Assembly: GCA_964016885.1 (NCBI GenBank)
Contig: OZ024743.1
Coordinates: 33,046,001-33,110,000 of the forward strand
DNA: 64,000 nucleotides
Direction: 5' to 3'
Source of the DNA: Eledone cirrhosa
Taxonomy: Eukaryota
Shown here: positions 54,733 to 64,000 of the stretch, piece after piece
Position numbering within the stretch: position 1 is the stretch's first letter
Layout of the letters: every line of letters begins with the position of its first letter
Notes under the pieces: generated by a model
Database searches by the model: none
What the model was told of the DNA's origin: nothing
What the model saw: only the letters and a program-made list of their open reading frames with translations
Position numbers and translations under genes: made by a program

Positions 54733-54808
54733 TTTTTTTTTTTTTTATTTTTTTTTTTTTTTTTTTTATTGTGCAATGGCCATACTCGATAACGAGGGGG
54801 CAGCCATC
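50094..54808 (+). mobile_element. Full-length RTE-clade LINE with 51-bp target-site duplication
   Basis: TSD atatataattaagttaaaaatgtacatccacatatgtatactgaaatacta at 50043-50093 and 54809-54859. Has the RTE 5'UTR motif ctaggagaagg and a 3' stem-loop ctcg-ataa-cgag. Confidence 0.92.
50989..54534 (+). CDS. RTE ORF: AP endonuclease + reverse transcriptase + three C2H2 zinc fingers (intact)
   Basis: APE motifs WNVRTL, LSETR, YAPT, GDFNARVG and TDH; RT motifs NYRGISLL, FVDLTKAFD, GVKQG and YADD; three Cx2C..Hx3-4H fingers. The likely start is ATG 50989, since the upstream in-frame part is microsatellite. Confidence 0.93.
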   Translation: MMFQNNVNEIIANLGSGTKKIIGNKGRGPKLSQPGPARHRAIVIEPNRAFSLGCWNVRTLLDRDSLERPERRTALVAKELRRYDLDIVALSETRLAGDGHLTEFCGEYTFFWKGRDEGTRREAGVGFAVKTVLVNKLEEFPVGISERLMSMRVPLDKGRYATLVSVYAPTMNSVDEEKLSFYHALKGVLRNIPQADKVIVLGDFNARVGRDFNTWNVIGRHGVGKCNSNGMLLLQMCEELDLCVTSTMFQRKNKFKTTWMHPASKEWHLLDYVLVRMRDRQDVRCVRVLRGAECWTDHRLVRAKVNLITKRKIRAPGVALPKRLNAARLKDKNVKRTLEEEMQAADLGEDWPTLKKSVYDVGRRVLGLVQRKHQDWFNEKDVHIDDLLADKRRALSRYLTARPQERNTLHEELRDVKSRVRRSLSQMKDQWWSEKAGEIQTASDCNNTKLLYSLLREVYGPSSSLVTPIRSRDGKELLRDSQGILRRWREHFDDLLNQPSVVSEDFLNLIPESPVKVALAEPPTLVEVAVAISKLNSGRSPGMDGIHAELLQYGGERLLQHLHSLFGRIWANESVPEDWRDAVMVVLYKGKGNRNDCGNYRGISLLSVVGKVLCRVLLDRLLTHIADCVLPESQSGFRVGRGTTDMIFSARQLQEKCIEQGLDLYQVFVDLTKAFDTVNRDALWKVLQKLGCPDKFLALVRSFHDDMKAWVNVGGNMSEPISVKNGVKQGDIPAPTLFAIYFAMVFCIAFRNCEHGVYIRYRTSGSIFNIRRFAAKTKVFTSVIRDLLYADDCDLVAHTESDMQHILNVFSDACTALGLTVSLKKTVVMYQPAPGRQYTEPNIYVYGKRLGVVDQFVYLGSTVNRYGNLDSEISLRIRKASDAFGKLERRLWGRRDICRRTKVRVYRACVLSCLLYACETWVTYRRHLKQLERFHQMCLRRIHGVRWRDHISDVEILESSMCDSIEALVLKQRLRWSGHLARMKDSRIPKQLFYGELVKGKRPPHKPKKRYKDSLKASLKDANISADTWENIAADRNKWRKTVYEGKVAFEASRIAHEKVKRDVRKGIAVALPDGEGPPMFLTCSVCARLCLSKAGLESHLRSHKVRPVVDYQAAVGDATHHACQTCGRECKSAGGLKRHAKVHELQPQPTIPSKCFGCRLCARHFGSLAGLKSHIRSQHC

Positions 54809-55121
54809 ATATATAATTAAGTTAAAAATGTACATCCACATATGTATACTGAAATACTAGTATGCATATGAATACACACACGTGTACATATGTAGATGTA
54901 CCGAGTTTTTCACTGGACACTTTACTGCGTCAGTCATACAAAAGTGAGTTATAAACGAAACGAAATTTAATTTCGTTTCGTTATTTGTTTTTATATATAT
55001 ATATATATATGTATGTATATATGTATATACATATATATATATATATATATATGTATGTATATATGTATATACATATATATATATGTATGTATATATGTAT
55101 ATACATATATATATATATGTA

Positions 55122-55162
<41 letters not shown>

Positions 55163-55214
55163 ATATGTATATAATATATATGTATGTATATATGTATATA
55201 TGTATATATATATG

Positions 55215-55246
<32 letters not shown>

Positions 55247-55269
55247 TATATATATTATATATTAGTATG

Positions 55270-55303
<34 letters not shown>

Positions 55304-58300
55304 TCATATTTTTTCTCTAAAAATCATATTTTCCCTATCACCGCATTTTCTCTATCGTATTTTCTTAAACAAAACAAATCTTGTATTTTCGTTTATTGTT
55401 AAATTATGCCCAAAATACGGCGATCTTATCTTAAACCTTACATTCTCGCTAACAACACATCATCCCCCCCCCCCCCCACGCACCACCATTATTACGTGGA
55501 CCAATCATAAGTCAGAGGCCCATACTATCGCCTAACTGGTTGCTTTTCGATATGATGGATGGACTACGGAATTCTGGAGAGTTGAAGAGAGAAAAATGTG
55601 GACGCTCAGCGACAATGCCAAAGATAAAGACAAATTCACCTCGTGGACGAGAATGCAAGCACTCCGCCTTGTTTCGGCCCAGGATGGCTAACATAACCCC
55701 ATCTCCCCCCCCCCCCGGCCCCTCCCACCCTCCAAACGCAATCCAAAACTTCAGAGTTGGTACCATGAATGTAGGCACCTTAAAGGGTCGCTCTAACGAG
55801 GTTGTAGAAATGCTTGAACGTAAGGAGGTCGATGTTTGTTGTATTCAAGAGACCAGGTGGAGGGGAGGGTCGGCCAGATTCATCGTGGGTAAAGAACGAT
55901 GCTATAAGCTTTTCTGGGTGTGAAATGACAATGGGTTGGGTGGGGTAGGAATCATGGTAGCAGAAAAGTGGGCAGATAAGATAATAGACGTAAATAGAGT
56001 GAACGACAGAATAATTAAAATAAGACTTGTCCTCAATAAAACTACGGTGACAGTAATATCTGCGTACGCACCACAATCCGGACTGCCCGGTGCTATAAAA
56101 GACAGATTCTACGAGACACTGATGCTCGCTACCTCCCAAATAACCGACAGTGACTATATAGTTATTGCAGGCGACCTAAATGGTCACGTTGGACAGCATT
56201 GTGACGGCTATGACGGAATCCATGGAGGCTATGGGTTCGGTACTAGAAATGAGGAAGGCTCCAGAATCCTGGAATTCTGCGACGCAAATAACTTAACTAT
56301 CTGTAACACTAACTTCAAAAAACGAGACAATCACTTGATCACCTATAGATCGGGGGAACACACAAGCCAGGTAGATTATATCCTTACCAGAAGACGTGAC
56401 AGAGTGTCTGTTGTTAACACTAAATCCCTGCCCCATGAAGAATTCACCTCCCAACATAGACTTATAATTAGCGACCTCATAGTCAGGACGAGACGTACTA
56501 GACAGCGGAAGAGGACTATCCTCAGGAGAAAAATATGGAAGCTAAAGGACCCCATAGCCAGAAATATATTTCAAAGCATATTACTTGACGCTTTCGACAG
56601 TAAGGAAGAGCAATTAGAGTCGTATAATATAGAGGAACAGTGGGAATTCCTGAGAGCAAACCTGCTGACGGTGGCAGACGAAGTCTGTGGCTGGAGCAGG
56701 CCTGTAGGTAGGAGGAGAGTAACATGGTGGTGGAACAGTAAGGTGGAGGAGTCGATTAAGGCCAAAAAGCAGGCTTGGAAAGCATGGCGGGATGGGGGAA
56801 GTAGAGAAGACTATCAGGTAGCCAGGAGGGAAGCTAGGAGACAAGTGTACTTCGCAAGAAGGGAAGCAGAGGAAAGAAAGTTCAAGCATGTTCTACAACG
56901 TGAGGACCAAAAACGTGAGGTGTTCAGGATTGCCAGGCAATGTGTCAAGGAAAACCGTGATATTGTCGGGGAGAAGTGTGTGCTTAACGATGATGGCATA
57001 CTTGCCATCACCGACGCTGATAAGAAGGTAGCTTGGAAGTGTCACTACGAAAGGCTTCTAAATGAGGAGAACAAATGGGAGAAAGACAGTCTCCCCCACA
57101 TCGACCCAATAGAGGTACCAGCAGTGTTAGTCCAGGGTAGTACAATAAGCAAGGCAATCAAAGATATGAAGACGGGTAAGGCGGCTGGTCCTTCGGAAAT
57201 AGTTGCTGAGATGCTGAAGGCATCTGGTTCGGTGGGACACACCATGGTCACCCGGATAGTTAACCAAGTCGTACAGAATGGGGTTGTTCCGAAGGACTGG
57301 CTTAGCAGCATCATCGTTAACTGCTATAAGGGAAAAGGAGATGCCCTAGATAGGAGTAACTATAGAGGCATTAAATTAATCGACCAGGTCATGAAGGTCA
57401 CGGAAAAAGTAATAGCGCAACTAATCAGAGAGAGAATTGATCTAGATGAAATGCAGTTCGGGTTTGTGTCAGGCAAAAGTACCACAGACGCTCTTTTCAT
57501 TGTACGACAACTACAGGAGAAGTACCTAGCTAAAAGTAAACCCCTATACTTAGCTTTCGTTGACTTGGAGAAAGCCTTCGACAGAGTCCCCCGTTCCATT
57601 ATCTGGTGGTCTCTTAGAAAACTAGGTGTTGACGAATGGCTTGTGAGAGCTATACAAGCCATGTATAAAGAAACAGTCAGTAAGGTTAGAATTAACAACG
57701 AATATAGTGAAGAGTTTAGCGTAAAAGTTGGTGTCCATCAGGGCTCTGTTCTTAGCCCCCTACTATTTATTATTGCCCTTCAGGCTATAACAGAGGAGTT
57801 CAAGACCGGCTGCCCATGGGAACTCCTATACGCAGACGATCTAACGCTCATAGCTGAATCAATGACCGAACTAGAGAAGAAATTCCAAACATGGAAGCAC
57901 CGCCTAGAATCAAAAGGCCTTAAAATTAACCTGGCTAAGACAAAAGTTCTAGTTTGTAGGAAAGAAAATATGGCGGCAGTCCCATCTGGGAAATGGCCAT
58001 GCTCAGTGTGTAGGAAAGGCGTAGGTAGAAACTCCATTTTATGTCCCAAATGCAAAGTATGGGTGCATAAAAGATGTAGTGGGATCACAGGTAAGCTAAC
58101 TAAGAACATAGATTTTACATGTGGCCGGTGCTCTGGTGCAATAAGTAGCAGCAAGTGCCCACAAAATACTAGCTCCTTCAACTGCGCAGAGGGTTCTATA
58201 GAAATAGTGGACAGCTTCCGTTACCTGGGTGACAAAATCAGCAGTGGGGGAGGGTGCTCTGAAAGTACAGTAGCTAGAGTCAGAACTGGATGGAAAAAGT

Positions 58301-59288
58301 TCAGAGAGCTTATACCACTATTAGCCGCTAGAGGGTTCTCCCTAAAAATGAAAGGCAGGTTATACGATGCCTGCATACGAACAGCAATGCTGCATGGCAG
58401 TGAGACCTGGGCATTGTGTGCAGAGGATATACGCAGACTAGAGAGGAACGAAGCTTGCATGCTCCGCTGGATGTGCAATAGTAATATACGTGAACGGCAA
58501 AGCATAAACGAACTAAGGAAAAAATTAGAAATAAGAGGGATCAGATGTTGTTTACTCGAGAGAAGGCTACGTTGGTACGGTCACGTGATGCGTATGAAAG
58601 ACGACAGCTGTATAACAAAGTGCAGGGCAATAAAGATAGACGGTAGCCACGGAGTAGGCAGACCCAGAAAAACATGGGACGAGCTGATAAATTCCGACCA
58701 CACACGCTTACACCTCTCCAAGACAATGTCACTGGACCGAGACCTTTGGCGGTACTCAGTAATAGAGAAGACCCGCCTTACCTAAATACAAAGTAAAAAC
58801 CTACTACAGTCAGTGGGCATCTCTATCAAAACACCCCCCCGTCCCACCACCTCCACCCCATCCACACCGCCCCTTTCAATGTACAGTTATGTTGGTCCCA
58901 CAACATCCAGGCCGAAACAAATGAGATCGTGTAGGTGTCACGACAAAAAAACACACAGTCCACGCTGTAAATGTGGCCGTGTAGGCAACACGGTAAAAAC
59001 CTCCCAGCCCCACACTGTAAATGTGGTTGGTGTTAGGAAGGGCATCCAGCTGTAGAAAACCCGCCAGACAGTCCACGCTGTAATGTGGCCGTGTAGGCAA
59101 CACGGTAAAAACCTCCCAGCCCCACACTGTAAATGTGGTTGGTGTTAGGAAGGGCATCCAACTGTAGAAAACCCGCCAGACAGTCCTATGCGAGCAAGAC
59201 AACCACTCTTGCCTCAAGAGGGAAAACCCCCGTCCAAACCCATGCAAGCGTGGAACACGGACGCTAAACCTGATGATGATGATGATGA
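55304..59288 (+). mobile_element. Near full-length RTE-clade LINE (PHD-finger type) with (GAT)n tail
   Basis: APE-RT ORF, a 3' UTR with ggtgttaggaagggcatcc motifs and a tgatgatgat tail. Both sides are (TA)-rich arrays. The 5' boundary is approximate. Confidence 0.88.
55552..58785 (+). pseudogene. RTE ORF (APE + RT with PHD-like insertion) interrupted by one TGA at 55921
   Basis: ORFs 55540-55923 and 55936-58785 are in the same frame (FWV*NDNGLGGVG). Motifs GTMNVGTL, IQETRW, GDLNGHVG, GVHQGSVLSP and YADD. CSVC..C..C...H..C..C..C lies within the RT region. Confidence 0.9.
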
Positions 59289-59306
59289 TATATATATATG
59301 TATGTA

Positions 59307-59351
<45 letters not shown>

Positions 59352-59356
59352 ATATG

Positions 59357-59387
<31 letters not shown>

Positions 59388-59416
59388 ATATGTATATATA
59401 TATATATATGTATGTA

Positions 59417-59455
<39 letters not shown>

Positions 59456-59528
59456 ATGTGTATATATATATATATGTATGTATATATGTATATATATATA
59501 TGTATGTATATATGTATATATATATATG

Positions 59529-59564
<36 letters not shown>

Positions 59565-59576
59565 GATATATGTATA

Positions 59577-59607
<31 letters not shown>

Positions 59608-59652
59608 ATATATATATATGTATGTATATATGTATATATATATATGTATGTA

Positions 59653-59691
<39 letters not shown>

Positions 59692-59732
59692 ATATGTATA
59701 TACATATATATATATGTATGTATATATGTATA

Positions 59733-59791
<59 letters not shown>

Positions 59792-59843
59792 ATATGTATA
59801 TAATATATATGTATGTATATATGTATATATGTATATATATATG

Positions 59844-59912
<69 letters not shown>

Positions 59913-59973
59913 ATATGTATATATATATATATATATATGTATGTATATATGTATATATATGTATGTATATATG

Positions 59974-60004
<31 letters not shown>

Positions 60005-60086
60005 ATGTGTATATATATATATATATGTATGTATATATGTATATAATATATATGTATGTATATATGTATATATGTATATATATATG

Positions 60087-60145
<59 letters not shown>

Positions 60146-60180
60146 GTATGTATATATGTATATATATATATATATATATG

Positions 60181-60221
<41 letters not shown>

Positions 60222-60302
60222 GTATGTATATATGTATATATATATATATATATATGTATGTATATGTGTATATATATATATATATGTATGTATATATGTA
60301 TA

Positions 60303-60387
<85 letters not shown>

Positions 60388-61259
60388 GTATAGCCACCCG
60401 TCTGTTTCGTTCTTTGTACCTTTTACCCTTTCTCGTTCTTTGTACCTTTTACCCTTTCTAGCAGTCTCTCTCTCTGTTAGCCTCCTCCTCAACTTTCACT
60501 CACTCATTCTCTGTCACTACCTCTCCTCCTTCTCTTTCCTCCTGCTCCTTCAAGTTTGACCTGTGTGTAATTCTTTTCTCGCGCGGTCTTGGTCAAGCTG
60601 GTATGGAATTTTTTTCTCTCTCTTTCTTTCGTCTGCGACTTCACAAAACTTATGTTTACCGAATTTGTAGACCAGACCCCTTCTTCTTCTTCTTCTTTTT
60701 CTTCCCCCCCCCCCCATTAGACCTGTGCGAAATTCCTTCCTTGCTCACATTTCAACCAGGTCTGATGGTCTTTTGTCTGTTGTTCACGATTTCACCAAGT
60801 TTATATTCATAGAGATCTGGGACTTGTCTATTTCTTCTCACTTTCCGTTGCTTAAACCATTTTGTTTGTTACCCTAACGTCCCCTTTATTTACGTGTCCC
60901 AACGACTTTTTTTAGCCGTTGTTCGCACCAACCTGAGGCATATGGCCCTTAAAGCGATGAAATGCCTGGGACGGTTGGAGGGTCACTGATGAAGGACTTA
61001 CTTTTTCATATGCACCACCATTTGCAATGCGCAGCCATCATTATTATCATATATATATATGTATGTATATATGTATATATTTATATATGTATGTATATAT
61101 ATATATATGTATGTATATATGTATATATATATGTATGTATATATGTATATATTTATATATATATATGTATATATTTATATATGTATGTATATATATATAT
61201 ATGTATGTATATATGTATATATATATGTATGTATATATGTATATATTTATATATATATG

Positions 61260-61296
<37 letters not shown>

Positions 61297-61333
61297 GTAT
61301 GTATATATGTATATATGTATGTATATATGTATA

Positions 61334-61370
<37 letters not shown>

Positions 61371-61382
61371 ATATATATATAT

Positions 61383-61416
<34 letters not shown>

Positions 61417-61421
61417 GTATG

Positions 61422-61452
<31 letters not shown>

Positions 61453-61713
61453 ATATGTATATATTCATATATGCATGTATATATATATATATGTATGTAT
61501 ATATGTATATATATATGTATGTATATATGTATATATTTATATATGTATGTATATATATATATATGTATGTATATATGTATATATATATGTATGTATATAT
61601 GTATATATTTATATATATATATGTATATATTTATATATGTATGTATATATATATATGTATGTATATATGTATATATATATGTATGTATATATGTATATAT
61701 TTATATATATATG

Positions 61714-61748
<35 letters not shown>

Positions 61749-61785
61749 GTATGTATATATGTATATATGTATGTATATATGTATA

Positions 61786-61822
<37 letters not shown>

Positions 61823-61834
61823 ATATATATATAT

Positions 61835-61868
<34 letters not shown>

Positions 61869-61873
61869 GTATG

Positions 61874-61906
<33 letters not shown>

Positions 61907-62051
61907 ATATGTATATATTCATATATGTATGTATATATATATATATGTATGTATATATGTATATATATATGTATGTATATATGTATATATTTATATATGT
62001 ATGTATATATATATATATATATGTATGTATATATGTATGTATGTATATATG

Positions 62052-62659
62052 TCAGGTCACCAGTTGGTGCTACTGGTAACATGTATCCCAGTACAACCTG
62101 TCTCATGGTCGGGTCGTTGGCGACTAAACTGGCAACCCCACCAAGGTTTCTTGGTGAGGAGGGTGACTTTGGACATCCTACAGGACTAAAAACAAAACCT
62201 GTCAAAAGGGCAAAGGAGCTCTTAAGAGTCAATGGCCATCTAAAATCACCGGGAGAGATGACCCCTTAGCCTTTGTCAAGGCAGAATTCTAGGAGAAGGA
62301 AAACTCTGATATAACACCTGCAACCCTGATGGTATCCAATGATGTTGACTTGTTCTTCTTTTTGGTAAATATCATCTTGGTTAAGAGAGTGGGACTGGCT
62401 TTGTGCATTGCCTATGCTCACTATAAAAGCTTCACGGCACAGGCATTGCTTTATATCTGGAGATCTCTCTGCACTTGTCATCACATGGTGCCATGGGCCC
62501 AACACTATGTGTCAATAATTGTCACAGGTGTAGTGATTGTGCCAGTTTTCAAGTCGCTGGCTGGACTAAAAAGTCACACTCGTTCAGCGCATCGGTAGGG
62601 GTTCTCCTACATGGATATAAAGTAGTGGCCGTACTCGAAAACGAGTTGGCAGCCACCAT
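62052..62659 (+). mobile_element. Non-autonomous bipartite RTE derivative, copy B
   Basis: The 5' part aligns with the RTE 5'UTR at 50660-50852. The 3' part encodes [16 protein letters not shown] (cf. RTE FGSLAGLKSHIRSQHC*) and ends ggccgtactcgaaaacgagttggcagccaccat. Confidence 0.88.
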
Positions 62660-63192
62660 GCATAACCCTCATTATGTATGTATGCATATATACAGCAAGC
62701 TAGTTGAGTTCTTTGGCACAAATTTCTTTGTTTGAATTCAAGCACCAAACCACGTATTTTAGTCTATTATAGCAGTCTTCCACTTTTTCATTAGAGGCAG
62801 AATGTGAGAATGGCAAGAACTGCTGGATATCTTATCCAGTAGTAATGGATAACACACACTGCATAGAGCTATCTTATGACTTGGGCAACCCTGCTGAAGA
62901 CATTTAATAGCCCAGTTATGTAAATATCTGCTGATATTACTTGTGGATGTAATATCTGCATTTGTGAAGTTATGTTGCAAAGAAAAGATATCGTCCAGGA
63001 GTTGAGATTTTTACTTTTATCTCTACCAAAACACAGCCACCGTCTCTGCTATTAACTAAAATGTGTGCACTCTGATCAGCTGATTGCAGCTGCATCACTG
63101 CAATTCGCCAGATTCATTGAGTGAGCTAGACATTGGCCAGAGAACGTTGACTTAATACCAGCAAACTTTGTTACTTTTATATTATATATACA

Positions 63193-63720
63193 TATCATCA
63201 TCATCGTTTAACGTCCTTCTTCCATGTTAGCATGGGTTAGACGGGAGTTGTCCCAATTTGAGGCAAGGTTGGTCGGGTAACCGTATCTCGTTCGTATAGG
63301 ACTATCTGGCAGGTTTTCTACGGCTGTATGCCCTTCCTAACACCAACCACATTTACAGTATGGACTGGGAACTTTTTACTGTGTTACCTACACGGCCACA
63401 TTACAGCGTGGACTGTGTGTTTTTTTTTTGTCGTAACACCTACACGATCTTGATCTCAGTATCTCATTTATTTGGACTAGATGTTGTGGTACCAACTTTA
63501 CAGAGAAAGGGTGGTGTTGGTGGGAGTGGGAGGATGGAGTAGGAGTAGTGGATTGGGGTGTATATTTGGTTAAGAGGTGCCTACTGACTGTAGGTTTCGC
63601 TTTGTACATAAGCAAGGCGGGTCTTCTGTATTACTGTGTCGTGCCAAAGATCTCGGTCCAGTGACATTGTCTTAGAGAAGTGCAAGTGTGTAAGGTCGGA
63701 ATTTATCAAATCGTCCCAGG
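63193..63720 (-). mobile_element. Diverged 5'-truncated RTE 3' end
   Basis: Homologous to 35641-36140, with (CAT)n on the + strand. Confidence 0.8.
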
Positions 63721-64000
63721 ATTATCATCATCATTTTGTGTCTGTTTTTCCGATCTACATACACACATACATATATTGACATGTATATATACATATACAC
63801 TTGACATACACACACACATAGATCTTTCTCTTCTGCCTTTAGTCAAGAGTCTAGCTGAACATGTACTAAGAAATATTTCCCAATTTATAGTTTAATACTG
63901 TTCAATCATTTCTATTGGAAGTAAGTTATTTACTTGGGATGCTAATAATTATCAGATTGCAGGGAAGAGAATCCTACTGGAAAAGGCAATAACAATGTCA

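Noticed and set aside
58876-62269. Long YI/YM/CI-rich ORFs (also at 47.2-47.8, 49.5-50.1 and 55.0-55.3 kb)
   Set aside because: They are translations of stop-free (TA)/(TATG) microsatellites.
47741-62659. The two ~600-bp inverted copies as TIRs of a DNA transposon or as LTRs
   Set aside because: They are RTE-derived. The TSD lies at 47055, not beside copy A, and a 5' inversion explains the orientation.

Overview
AT-rich, microsatellite-dense animal genomic DNA. The SINE, RTE and (TA)n/(ATT)n content suggests a cephalopod such as octopus, but that is inference. The window is mostly intronic or intergenic, with one credible host coding exon (40693-41070, +). It holds three near-full-length non-LTR retrotransposons: an intact R4/Dong-type element in a (TAA)n array, an intact RTE with three C-terminal C2H2 fingers and a 51-bp TSD, and an RTE with a PHD-like finger inside its RT and one nonsense codon. 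There are also many tRNA-SINEs, TTAA/piggyBac-like MITEs, RTE 3' fragments, a decayed Gypsy integrase and several Penelope-type minimal hammerhead motifs. The main observation is that 47067-62657 looks like one 15.6-kb retrotransposed composite. It has a 12-bp TSD, twin-priming 5' inversion geometry and two copies of a non-autonomous RTE derivative as ends. It carries a hairpin with arms of about 620 bp whose mismatches are almost all G.U pairs, as expected if ADAR-hyperedited RNA was reverse-transcribed back into the genome. Small-repeat coordinates are approximate and all alignments were done by eye.
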